From Bacteroidota bacterium (GTDB taxonomy: Bacteria; Bacteroidota; Ignavibacteria; UBA10030; UBA8401): a stretch of 64,000 bases of DNA. A model generated the notes under the pieces. The model had not been told where the DNA came from, did not search any database, and saw only the letters and a program-made list of their open reading frames with translations. The DNA is taken from contig JAJYOI010000001.1 in the NCBI GenBank assembly GCA_021796275.1, positions 6,803-70,802 on the forward strand, given 5' to 3'. This document shows positions 1 to 9,171 of the stretch, in pieces; position 1 is the stretch's first letter, and each line of letters begins with the position of its first letter. Made by a program: the position numbers and the translations under genes.

Positions 1-417
1 CCGCAGGAATTCCCCAGCCAAGCTCACTCGCACCGCTGCTCGCTGCCAAGGCGCCGAAGAAGACACTCCCTTCACTCGGCCGGCCGGCGGACGGTGAACT
101 TGAACTGCTTTGCGACGGCCCTGAAGATTGAGCAACTTCCGAATGAGTAAATTGAATCTGCCGCACCGAGGCTGCCGGGGTGTAGGTAACTTCTTTCGCC
201 AAATCGAACGACTTGACGAATCGCGGCGGCTGTGCTTCAAATTTGACCGGCGGCTTCACAACATCGTACGAGGGAAGTTCAACTGACACATACTTCACGC
301 CTTTTTCTTCGTGAGTTAGAAAATACGAAATGAAACCGACCACCACGTGCAACAGAAACGATGCGAGAAAAGCATAGCCTAAATTGCGCCGATAATTTTT
401 TCTCCACGACTGCAGCA
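1..417 (-). CDS. Partial membrane-anchored TonB-like protein. The N-terminus is inside the window and the C-terminus runs off the window start. It was not in the ORF track because no stop codon falls within the window.
   Basis: Manual translation of the minus strand from ATG 417-415 gives MLQSWRKNYRRNLGYAFLASFLLHVVVGFISYFLTHEEKGVKYVSVELPSYDVVKPPVKFEAQPPRF... This is a basic N-terminus, one TM helix, then a Pro/Ser-rich linker, which is the TonB-family architecture. The ATG overlaps the TAA stop of the upstream TPR gene (TAATG). The frame is open to position 1. Confidence 0.35.
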
Positions 418-3400
418 TTACTCTTTCTTTCCGCTTTCAATCCACCGTTTATGAAGCTCGGCAAAAAAAATCACTTCTTGCGCCGCCTGCGTGTCGGAGT
501 ATTTCGTGATAATGCGATTGAACATGGTCAGAGCTTTCGCTTTCTCGCCTAACTGTGAATATGCGGACGCAATGTTCGCCTCGCAGGCAAAGCGCACATC
601 TGCATCAGGGTATTTTTTCAGAACCGACTCCAGTTCTTGAATTGCCTTTCGGTAGTCTTTCGCATCGAAGGCCTGCATCGCGCGCTCATATTCTTTGTAG
701 GAATTAATCTGTGCAAGTTCATGAACCAAACCTTTGGCTTCTTCATACCGTGAATAGTCCGGGTACCGGGCCACAATCACTTGATAGGCATCTTTCGCTT
801 CTTCGTACTGCTGCGTATTGTAATAATAATCGCCGACGCTGAACTGAGCATCAGGCGCCTGTGCGCATTTCGGATACGCCGCAACAAAGCGCTTAAACGT
901 CTCTACCATCTGCAGCGTATCGCCGGAGCGATAGTAACACCACCCTTTGTTATACAGCGCGGACATGGCAAAATCGGATTGCGGGAATTCCTTTGCGGTA
1001 CGTTCGTATTCAGGGATGGCGCGTTCGAAACGGTTTGAATTATAATATGCTTCCGCAATTTGGTATTGCGCTTCAGCAGCACGCGGACTGGAAGAATATT
1101 TTTCAATGTAGCTCTTCAACAATGCAATGCCGTCGTCGGCTTTTCCGGATTGAATCAGGCTCATCGCACGGAAATAAAACGCATCCTGCGTTTTCACATT
1201 CGCCGGATATTTTTCAAGGAACGTACCAAAAAGTTTCTGCGCGCCGTCAAATGCCTGACCGTCATAAAACATGACTGCCATTTGGTACACAATGTCGGTG
1301 ATATATGGATGCGCTGGTAATCTGTCTGTGGCTTCCGTCAATGTCGCAACAACCTTGTCAAGCTCATTCTGGTTGCCGTATGCATTAGCAAGCGCAACGT
1401 ACGCCTTCGCACGCGAATTATCATCGGCACTGTCTGCATGAATCACTTTCGATGCGTTTTCAATAACGCGGGGAAAATCATTCAACTGCGCATAGATTTC
1501 AGTCAATGAAGAGAGGTACCGGATTCTTTCGCCGTTCGACGAAGCGGAGCCGAGAAGCCGGTTAATTCTATCGATGGCATCTTTCTTCTTTCCGATATCA
1601 AGATACGCAAGCGCGAGTTTTTCATTTGCAGCAGGAACCACAGTGCTGAAATTTTTTCGAAAAGCTTCCTGCTTCAGACAGAGTTCCAAATCGGCAATTG
1701 CCTCTTTACTTCTCTTCGCTTGCTGGTACAGAATGCCGCGCCCGTACAACGCCTGAAGCCGCGCATTCTCATTGATTGAAGTATCCCGGAGCACCAGAGA
1801 CATTTCGGAAAGCGCCTTATCATTTTTTTCCCACATTGCCAGCAGATCGCCGTATGCAAGATGAGCATATGCAGCATGTCCAAGCGAATCCGCTGTTCGC
1901 GAAGCAATGATGCCGGTAATGTATTTTTCTCCTTCTTCAAACTTTCCCTGTGCAATATAAATTTTTACAGACCGGGCGAAAGCGAAAGGATAATACTGAG
2001 ACACTGCGCTGACGGAGGTAAGCGATCGCAGCGAACTGTCAAGTTTCGACGCGAAGAAAAAAGACATCCCCAAATAATAGTAAGCCTCGTTCGTATCAAT
2101 CTTATCGGTCTGGGAAACAAGTAATCCTTGGTATTCATTGACCGCCTGATCATAGCGCTTTTCTTCGTAGAACGATTTTGCGAGCTGCAATCGCGCCTGA
2201 AGTGCTTCTTCCGAAGCCGGATACGCGGAAAACACATCGTGGTAGCATTGGCGAGCTTCAGCAAATTTTCCAAGATTCTGAAACGCCGTTCCCCGCATGA
2301 CCAACGCTTTGGCAGAAAATTCGCTGCCGGCGTGATTCGTCAGAAAAGAATCCGTTGAAGCGATTACATTGGGATAATCTTTCGCTGCATAATAGTTCAG
2401 GACAGCAAAGAACCGCCCGTTCTCTATAGAAAATTCCGCGGCTTCGGCAAACTCACCGTACGCCTTCACATAAAATTGATATTCCGCCGCCGCTTTCGCA
2501 AACGCATTGTTATCCTGGTACGTGCGCGCGATTTTATACTGCATGCGCGCTTGAAAAACTTTATTCTGAAAATTGTCGTCAATCGCTTTCCGATAAATTG
2601 CAATTGCATTGTCCAGTCCCTTCACACGTAACGTCAGCTCCGCCATTTTGATATACGAAATTTCAATGAGCGAAGGAAGAAGCGTGTACGTACGGATAAT
2701 ATAATGGTAGCGTGTCATCGCCGAATCGTATTGATTTAGTTGCTCAAACGCCTCGGCAATTTTGAATTCCGACTTTGAAGCGAGTTCAAGGTTCGTGTTG
2801 TCAGATTCGCGGTTCGACGCCGCATCGAAAATCTGCCTTTCGCGGTTAGCACGAAGTTCCATATTTTGAAAATCAGTCTTGCTGAACGATTCCGGTTTGT
2901 AGTCTGTAAGCAAGGCTTTGAATTCTGTCAGTGCAGCCTGCCACTGCTTCGTGTCCATGGCGTTCTGACCGATCTGGTACATTGCTCTGCCGCGAAGCGG
3001 GCCGCTTTTGAAATTATCTGCCAGGAAATGAAATGTAAGGGAAGAGCTGTCGTACTGTTCCATAAATCGGAATGCCCAGCCGATATCGTAGTACGCCTGT
3101 TCGACTTTTTCGTCGAAAGGATAACGAGCAATCAACTGACGCGCTTCTGTAACAGCACTGTCGTACTGTTTTTCGCTGAAGAAAATATCGTACACCTGAA
3201 ATTGTGAAAGAGCGAGCAGCGTTGGCGCATCATCGCGGGTTTGCACTAAACGGAACATTGCAATGGCAGAATCATTTTTTCCCATGTTGCGGAAAGCGTT
3301 TGCTTTTTGATACATCGAAGCTGTGCGTACGCCCACCGTTAATTCTCCATCAAGAAGCGTAACGTGAACGCTGTCTTCTTTAAGGAAATCGCTCTCTGTC

Positions 3401-3561
3401 CCCAGCACTTTGTCGTATTCTTCAATCGCCTTTGAGTAATTCCTCGCAGCGAAATAATTTTGGCCCGCGACGAATTGGAGGCGAAGTTCCTGAGGTGTCG
3501 GAACAAAATAACTCGCACTGCCTATTGAAAGAAGAATAAATACGATGACTTGTAATGACAT
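418..3561 (-). CDS. Large tetratricopeptide-repeat (TPR) protein of 1047 aa with an N-terminal signal/TM segment
   Basis: Long ORF with many degenerate 34-aa TPR-like repeats (recurrent A..Y..A/G, YY.LG, W..A patterns) and an N-terminal hydrophobic segment VIVFILLSIGSASYF. Confidence 0.75.
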   Translation of the reverse strand: MSLQVIVFILLSIGSASYFVPTPQELRLQFVAGQNYFAARNYSKAIEEYDKVLGTESDFLKEDSVHVTLLDGELTVGVRTASMYQKANAFRNMGKNDSAIAMFRLVQTRDDAPTLLALSQFQVYDIFFSEKQYDSAVTEARQLIARYPFDEKVEQAYYDIGWAFRFMEQYDSSSLTFHFLADNFKSGPLRGRAMYQIGQNAMDTKQWQAALTEFKALLTDYKPESFSKTDFQNMELRANRERQIFDAASNRESDNTNLELASKSEFKIAEAFEQLNQYDSAMTRYHYIIRTYTLLPSLIEISYIKMAELTLRVKGLDNAIAIYRKAIDDNFQNKVFQARMQYKIARTYQDNNAFAKAAAEYQFYVKAYGEFAEAAEFSIENGRFFAVLNYYAAKDYPNVIASTDSFLTNHAGSEFSAKALVMRGTAFQNLGKFAEARQCYHDVFSAYPASEEALQARLQLAKSFYEEKRYDQAVNEYQGLLVSQTDKIDTNEAYYYLGMSFFFASKLDSSLRSLTSVSAVSQYYPFAFARSVKIYIAQGKFEEGEKYITGIIASRTADSLGHAAYAHLAYGDLLAMWEKNDKALSEMSLVLRDTSINENARLQALYGRGILYQQAKRSKEAIADLELCLKQEAFRKNFSTVVPAANEKLALAYLDIGKKKDAIDRINRLLGSASSNGERIRYLSSLTEIYAQLNDFPRVIENASKVIHADSADDNSRAKAYVALANAYGNQNELDKVVATLTEATDRLPAHPYITDIVYQMAVMFYDGQAFDGAQKLFGTFLEKYPANVKTQDAFYFRAMSLIQSGKADDGIALLKSYIEKYSSSPRAAEAQYQIAEAYYNSNRFERAIPEYERTAKEFPQSDFAMSALYNKGWCYYRSGDTLQMVETFKRFVAAYPKCAQAPDAQFSVGDYYYNTQQYEEAKDAYQVIVARYPDYSRYEEAKGLVHELAQINSYKEYERAMQAFDAKDYRKAIQELESVLKKYPDADVRFACEANIASAYSQLGEKAKALTMFNRIITKYSDTQAAQEVIFFAELHKRWIESGKKE

Positions 3562-3600
3562 TGGAAATCAACTGCCTGTCAAATACTGCCGTGAAATCAA

Positions 3601-3630
3601 TAGCCAGCGGTACACATGCACCGCTGGCTA
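3601..3630 (-). terminator. Perfect 11-bp inverted repeat (tagccagcggt N8 accgctggcta) between the T9SS cargo gene and the TPR gene. It is a putative terminator or attenuator hairpin.
   Basis: The stem and loop are read directly from the sequence. A moderately U-rich tract (ttgatttca) follows on the minus strand. Confidence 0.35.
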
Positions 3631-3667
3631 GTCATACCGATGTGTTACCTACCTCTCTCGCCAGTCG

Positions 3668-6388
3668 TTATTTCAACAAAATCATTTTTTTAGTCGAGAC
3701 ATAATTATTGACGTTCACGCGGTACAGGTACACGCCGCTTGCAACAGCGCGCCCCTCGCTATTTCTGCCGTCCCACACAATACTGTAATTACCTGCATGA
3801 TAGTTGCTCGAAATCAATGTCTTTACTTCCCGTCCAAGAATATCGAACACTTGCAGTGTAACAAACCCGGAACTCGGCAGGGCAAAACGAATCTGCGTTG
3901 TCGGATTGAACGGATTTGGGAAATTCTGCGACAGATCATACTTATCCGGCAGCGACGGATTGACCTGATATTCGACCCCAGTGAACGGCTCAACAAGAAT
4001 AATCGCATCCGCACGAATGACAAAACTATCGCGCTGGGCAACATTGATCGTGTCCTTGTATACCGCGTTTACGAGCGCTGTATCATTCTGAACGCGGACA
4101 TAGCCATTGATAGCGCCGCCATTGTGAGCGTCGCGGGAATCTGAGCGCAGAAATTGTGCGGAACCGAGGAGCACTCGGCTTGAGGTTCGATTATTTTGAT
4201 TGATGATCGTGTCAATCGGTGTTCCTCCGCCGGCAGGAAAAATTGTGTACCGAACAGCAGGGGAAGAATTTGTTGAACCTACCGGCACCTGAGCATAAAC
4301 CCTGAATGTTTCAAGATACGGCGTTGCACCAGCGGGAACAGGAAGCTGCGGGAAATATTCAACATAGGCTGTGTGGTTCACCGCCGCATCGCCATCAAGA
4401 AAATAAATGTATCCGATCATTCTGCTTCCGCCGCTTGCAGCCTGATCACTGATCGTCTGCCATTTGTTAATATTGGCAAGGTCGGGATACACTGCCGGAC
4501 TAGCGGGATAGATGTACGCGCCTTGTGCATCGTTTTCTTCTACCGTCAAGTTCGTTCCAATGCCATTACCGCGCAATTGAATAACTGTCGGATTCCTGGT
4601 AGTATCGTTCGAATAGAGCAGCAATTGATCGGTCAATCCATTGGCAATCGTATCCGGAGCGAACATGAGCGTGAATAATTGTGTCCCGTTCACTGCAGCA
4701 AGTTCCAGAGGAAATGCCGGCGGATTCACCAGCGAGTAATATCTTCCCTTTGCAAATTTCACACTGTCAATCACCAGCTTTGATTCACCGCCGCTAATGA
4801 CTTGAATGTTCAATCTGTAATTATCGTCTTTTTGCCGCTGGAACTGATACACAGAGACATTCTGAAAATTAACATCGGTTGAAGCAACAATTGCCGGTCC
4901 CGTCGGGATTTTTCGAATGCGGAGAAGATCCGCGCGGATAACCGGTCCGCCACTTGGTGTCAATGGCCGGTAAAAATCAACAGTAGTAAAATCTCCTTGC
5001 GTAAGAAAGACAGGCTGACTCACCAATGGCACGAAAAATTTCGGCGTTCCGGTTTGTGTATCGTTTTGATTGAACGAAGCTTTAATAGTGTCTGTCGTAA
5101 ACGCCGGAAGAATAGATATTTGTGTATTCGGTTCAGAGTTCGACGAGAATGCTATCCATCCCCATTCAATAAAGTAATATCCCGACGATCCTTGTTTTCC
5201 ATTCAAACTGTCCGGCAATTGAAATTTGTATTCAACACCGGTCGCCGGCGTTACATCAGAAGAATATGTTCCATGTCTGTTACCGCTCGGAATGGGATAT
5301 GGGAATGCAGCGTACCCTGTCCCGCTTTCACTCCATGCCCCGAAAAAAGTGATCGTAGGACGGCGCGGATCGCCAAGCTTATCAAACGGTGCGTTATAAT
5401 GCGGTTCATTGCTCAAGCTTGCATTAAGAATGAAATTATAATTCACGCCATTTCCGCTGATGGGAATTGTTGCTTGCGGTTCTGCAGGATCGTTGCTTTC
5501 CACTACAAGCGTATCGCTCACCGATTCTTCTTCAAAAGGATGGAAACCGACCGCGATAATTCCTTTTTGTCCCGGATGGATTGTCATCGGGAAACTTCCA
5601 TCGCGCGGAACAATGCTCCAACGTGATTGCTTTACTACCGCATGAACACCCGTAACAATTAAATCTTGTGCGCCAAGATTGAACAAAGGAACTTCGTTAT
5701 ACGTCACGGTTCCGAGCGGAGCGTCTAACCATTGTTCTCCGACGCGAACTGAGTCAAAAGCATTTTTGTCTCTCCGTCCAAATTCTAAGTCAGGTCCGGT
5801 TGCAGTGCTGCGAAGCCAGCGAATTGCATCCGCGCGCATAATTGCAGTTCCGGAAAAAGTATCGGCGCCAACGGTAACAAATGTATTTCCCGGAAGCAGC
5901 GGAACTATCGTCAATGGAACCCACGCACCTGTTCCAACAGTTGTGCTGTAATTCAACGTCGACCGGCGCAAATCGTGCCGCACTGAATCGAGCATCGTCG
6001 TTTCAAATTCACGTTGAATGGTATAGTAAACATTTGATGCATTGTTTGCCGCCTGCAAGACGTAGGTGTAGAGAATGTAATTGCCGGACATTGTATCGGG
6101 AATTGTCGTTACCCACATCGCCGTTCTTCCGGAAATACTTTCACCGCCAAGCTGCGATGTCTGGCGGTAATCCAATCCCCACGCCAACGATGTAGCGCCG
6201 GTCCACCACGGCCCGACTTCCTTATAGGTTGGGGTATTAGCCGTTGAACCGGCAGTTTGGTTTGGAGCGTTGTCAACCGTGATGTAGTTTGCCGGGTTAA
6301 GCTTTTGCTGTGCCTGAGAAGGCATCACCGCAAACGCTACCATAACAAACGCCACCAACGACGTAAACAGATTGTAAAAATGCTTCAT
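3668..6388 (-). CDS. Secreted protein of about 907 aa with a C-terminal T9SS sorting domain (type A, Por_Secre_tail-like)
   Basis: The C-terminus LSQNFPNPFNPTTQIRFALPSSGFVTLQVFDILGREVKTLIS...WDGRNSEGRAVASGVYLYRVNV matches the T9SS CTD consensus. The N-terminal signal peptide MKHFYNLFTSLVAFVMVAFAVMPSQAQ starts at ATG 6388 with an upstream AAAGGAG RBS. The ORF-track start at 6472 is probably too far upstream. Confidence 0.75.
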   Translation of the reverse strand: MKHFYNLFTSLVAFVMVAFAVMPSQAQQKLNPANYITVDNAPNQTAGSTANTPTYKEVGPWWTGATSLAWGLDYRQTSQLGGESISGRTAMWVTTIPDTMSGNYILYTYVLQAANNASNVYYTIQREFETTMLDSVRHDLRRSTLNYSTTVGTGAWVPLTIVPLLPGNTFVTVGADTFSGTAIMRADAIRWLRSTATGPDLEFGRRDKNAFDSVRVGEQWLDAPLGTVTYNEVPLFNLGAQDLIVTGVHAVVKQSRWSIVPRDGSFPMTIHPGQKGIIAVGFHPFEEESVSDTLVVESNDPAEPQATIPISGNGVNYNFILNASLSNEPHYNAPFDKLGDPRRPTITFFGAWSESGTGYAAFPYPIPSGNRHGTYSSDVTPATGVEYKFQLPDSLNGKQGSSGYYFIEWGWIAFSSNSEPNTQISILPAFTTDTIKASFNQNDTQTGTPKFFVPLVSQPVFLTQGDFTTVDFYRPLTPSGGPVIRADLLRIRKIPTGPAIVASTDVNFQNVSVYQFQRQKDDNYRLNIQVISGGESKLVIDSVKFAKGRYYSLVNPPAFPLELAAVNGTQLFTLMFAPDTIANGLTDQLLLYSNDTTRNPTVIQLRGNGIGTNLTVEENDAQGAYIYPASPAVYPDLANINKWQTISDQAASGGSRMIGYIYFLDGDAAVNHTAYVEYFPQLPVPAGATPYLETFRVYAQVPVGSTNSSPAVRYTIFPAGGGTPIDTIINQNNRTSSRVLLGSAQFLRSDSRDAHNGGAINGYVRVQNDTALVNAVYKDTINVAQRDSFVIRADAIILVEPFTGVEYQVNPSLPDKYDLSQNFPNPFNPTTQIRFALPSSGFVTLQVFDILGREVKTLISSNYHAGNYSIVWDGRNSEGRAVASGVYLYRVNVNNYVSTKKMILLK

Positions 6389-6476
6389 AATATCTCTCCT
6401 TTTATTTATGGATGAGAATGAGTGTGGCATCTTCTCGCCGAAACACGGCTGGCGTGAACAGCCACGTTGCAATGGA

Positions 6477-6923
6477 TTAATTCTTCTTTATAGTTACAAT
6501 CACAATATCAGACGGTTTTCCTGTAAACTGAATTTTGTCGTGCGTGTAACCGGAAGGATACACTTTATACAAAACAACTACGCTATCGCGTGCACCTAGT
6601 TGAATCTCATTCGACGAATCACTGAACGTTGGGAAAAATGTTCTTCCGCGGGATTGAAAGAACGATGTATCATTAAAGCTGCGGAACACTTCCCAATCAC
6701 GAAGATTCGCTTGCTCACGGTCAGTACCGTATCGCACTGTGTCGTACGCCCACGTTAAAGTAATAAGCCTCTTATGCGATTGCGTACTGTCCAGTTGTGC
6801 CGAAAAATCAATCACATCTGGAACTCTGCCGTCGTGAGTATTCGGAATCAATCCGCGTTCCGGACCGCATCCCGCTGCAACCCACGAAAATGCTGCAAGA
6901 AAACACGTTTGCCAAAATTTCAT
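6477..6923 (-). CDS. Small lipoprotein, possibly with an FN3/Ig-like fold
   Basis: Signal peptide with lipobox MKFWQTCFLAAFSWVAAGC. The mature part is beta-rich (LITLTWAY...). Confidence 0.5.
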   Translation of the reverse strand: MKFWQTCFLAAFSWVAAGCGPERGLIPNTHDGRVPDVIDFSAQLDSTQSHKRLITLTWAYDTVRYGTDREQANLRDWEVFRSFNDTSFFQSRGRTFFPTFSDSSNEIQLGARDSVVVLYKVYPSGYTHDKIQFTGKPSDIVIVTIKKN

Positions 6924-6963
6924 ATGCAATTATATTCTATGATGATAGTTCAACAATTCTGAG

Positions 6964-7683
6964 CTACTTTCCTAACGGAATGGATAACGAAACCAGCGGT
7001 TGATGAATCCCTGCTGCCACACTATTTATGTTCACGCGTTCAGCAATCGAGGGAAATGAATTCACATCGTGAGAAAACATCCGCTGGCCATGATCTTCAG
7101 TATTCCAAATCACATCGGCAACATTCACTACCCAGATTACAGCCGACACTGCAAGAAAAATATTCCTACGGCGACGGTCAGTGACAAGCAGATTGTGTGC
7201 ATCAATCATCGATTGATAAACAGACTCCGAGTACGTCCAATTCGTAGAATTCTTGTACTGGAATTCCAACGCATCTAATCGTTCGCCGCGCGCAACATAA
7301 TTATTATGTGAGATCAATGCCGTGATCGCCGAACCGAACGCAAGCAGCGTGAACCCTGCGCCTTTATAGGTGTCACCAAGCATCGTTTGCCCTGCGCCGG
7401 GAATAAAGCAGGAATAAATAATTGCCGACGTTCTGCGCGACGAACTTTCGTCAGAGACTATCGCTGACGATTTCGAAGTGGATGCTGCCGAATCTTGCAC
7501 ATCGATGAAAGCGAATTGAAGCGATGCGACAACCTGCGGCGAAGGATCGGACCCATTGGCGGCGCTTTTCTTTCCGACTTCCGGTAAAGAAAATGCAGAC
7601 GATGCAGCCAATCCTATCAGCAAAAGAATGATGAGGGCAGAACGCCGATAATTAATTTTTGATTTTTTTCGATTCAAGTGCAT
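6964..7683 (-). CDS. Hypothetical membrane protein
   Basis: ORF with an N-terminal signal/TM (ALIILLLIGLAASSAFS) and two further hydrophobic segments (IPGAGQTMLGDTYKGAGFTLLAFGSAITALI; NIFLAVSAVIWVVNV). The start is taken at the internal Met MHLNRKK. It overlaps the upstream gene by about 30 nt. Confidence 0.45.
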   Translation of the reverse strand: MHLNRKKSKINYRRSALIILLLIGLAASSAFSLPEVGKKSAANGSDPSPQVVASLQFAFIDVQDSAASTSKSSAIVSDESSSRRTSAIIYSCFIPGAGQTMLGDTYKGAGFTLLAFGSAITALISHNNYVARGERLDALEFQYKNSTNWTYSESVYQSMIDAHNLLVTDRRRRNIFLAVSAVIWVVNVADVIWNTEDHGQRMFSHDVNSFPSIAERVNINSVAAGIHQPLVSLSIPLGK

Positions 7684-9169
7684 AATAAAAGATATTTGAG
7701 AGTAATTCACGTTGACGAGTAAAATCCTTTCCTGCGCGAACCTCAGCGGTATTGAACGCACCCCACGCTATCGAATAGCCGCGGTTTGAAACAACAGCAA
7801 CAAGGCGATTCTCGTAAAACATTCCTGAAAGAAAATCATAGATGACCCGTCCGTGCACATTCTGCAAATCGGGATCAACCGGGGGCAACACATCAAATCG
7901 TTTCCAGATGGAATAAATCGGATGGTCGCTGGGAATTCTGCTCGTTGAAACATTTTCTCCCAGCAAGGCGCCGACGTTCGTCAGAAAATTATTGATCGCC
8001 TGCCAATTCTCGCTCTGCGTTGATGTCGAGCGTTCATCGGCAATAATCATACCGCCGTTACGAATAAAATCCGCCGCGTTCTTTTCCTGTTCAGGCGAAA
8101 ACTTCATCTGTCCCTCATCGGCAAGAATCATCAGAACATTAGACGCTTTGAGTTCCGCCGGCAGAAGATTTGTTTTCAAAAAAGAGAGCTTGAAGTTAGT
8201 CGTTTCTGCAAGGTAATCTTCAAGCGGTTTCATCAATTGTTCTGCGGGAAGCACATTCGTTGTACGAACAGCGAGCTTAATTTCTCCGGTAGGGCGGGCA
8301 TTCGGATCAAGCTGCGAGATTTTTCCGCGGCTGCCAGCCGACAAACTGTCCGTTCTTCCCGCCACGTATCCTTGTTGGGCATTGGGCGGTGTAAACGGAA
8401 CCCGTTTAAAAAAGAATGTCAGGTTCACAAATTCTGACGGCTGATTATTTTCATCATAACCGACAATAAAATTTTTCAGGTCGAGTTTCACTTGCTCCAC
8501 TTCATCGGTCAACGGATCGAACACAATCAATCCATCGCGGACATCGCCGCGAAAAACAGGCTTTCCCAAATAATGCACTGTCCGCCGAACAATCCCCATC
8601 CGGCTCTCAAAGACATCATCGTCAACTCCGGATGTTCCCTTAAGTTTTTTAAAATAATTTTCAAGACTATGGTATCGGCTGTTCTTTTCTTCTCGCCCAT
8701 AACTGTACAGAAAATCGCCGCGGTCGCTTGTGAGAAAACAGCTTTCAGGATCAAGATTGATTTTTGAGCCGGCATAATTGTACACTGTAATTTTAAAGAC
8801 CATGAAACGCTGCGGTGTGTACCCCAACACCGGGTCCACCCAATTTCCATACGTGAACGGATTCGTGGAGTATTGACCGGCCTGTGATTCCTGCGGAAAC
8901 TCAACATTGTTCAACTGATAATCGGTCATGTACTTCACTTCGACTTTGAAATCTTTCCGGTCATAAATAGCCGTCAGCCTATCGGAGCTGAGCCGGTACG
9001 AAGAATCATTCAAAGCGTTCATGAATGTTTCATTAGGAACCAATGTGTACTCGATTCGCTGCGGCGGAAACACAACATAATGGTACACCGGATCGCATCC
9101 GCCAAAAGTTGCCGTGAGAAAAAAAACGGCGGCTATAAAGACAAACGCTATGATGTTTCTACGGTACAC
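7652..9169 (-). CDS. Hypothetical exported or membrane-anchored protein of 505 aa. The C-terminal half may be glutamine-amidotransferase-like (DUF4159/ThuA-like).
   Basis: N-terminal TM IIAFVFIAAVFFLTATFGGC. C-terminal motif LMILADEGQMKFSPEQEKNAADFIRNGGMIIADE. The domain assignment is tentative. Confidence 0.5.
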   Translation of the reverse strand: MYRRNIIAFVFIAAVFFLTATFGGCDPVYHYVVFPPQRIEYTLVPNETFMNALNDSSYRLSSDRLTAIYDRKDFKVEVKYMTDYQLNNVEFPQESQAGQYSTNPFTYGNWVDPVLGYTPQRFMVFKITVYNYAGSKINLDPESCFLTSDRGDFLYSYGREEKNSRYHSLENYFKKLKGTSGVDDDVFESRMGIVRRTVHYLGKPVFRGDVRDGLIVFDPLTDEVEQVKLDLKNFIVGYDENNQPSEFVNLTFFFKRVPFTPPNAQQGYVAGRTDSLSAGSRGKISQLDPNARPTGEIKLAVRTTNVLPAEQLMKPLEDYLAETTNFKLSFLKTNLLPAELKASNVLMILADEGQMKFSPEQEKNAADFIRNGGMIIADERSTSTQSENWQAINNFLTNVGALLGENVSTSRIPSDHPIYSIWKRFDVLPPVDPDLQNVHGRVIYDFLSGMFYENRLVAVVSNRGYSIAWGAFNTAEVRAGKDFTRQRELLSNIFYYALESKKIKN

Positions 9170-9171
9170 TC

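Noticed and set aside
279-464. 61-aa minus-strand ORF overlapping the TPR gene end and the TonB-like gene start
   Set aside because: It lies in an alternative frame across two better-supported genes and shows no domain signal. It is most likely spurious.
4997-5626. 209-aa plus-strand ORF inside the 934-aa T9SS cargo gene. There are similar antisense ORFs at 32372-33001 and 32550-33092 (inside rpsA), 44380-45150, 46692-47087, 47492-47951, 50608-51018, 56918-57628 and 20565-20885.
   Set aside because: These are shadow ORFs on the strand opposite to long, well-supported genes. They are Arg/Ser/Cys-rich with low-complexity translations typical of antisense frames.
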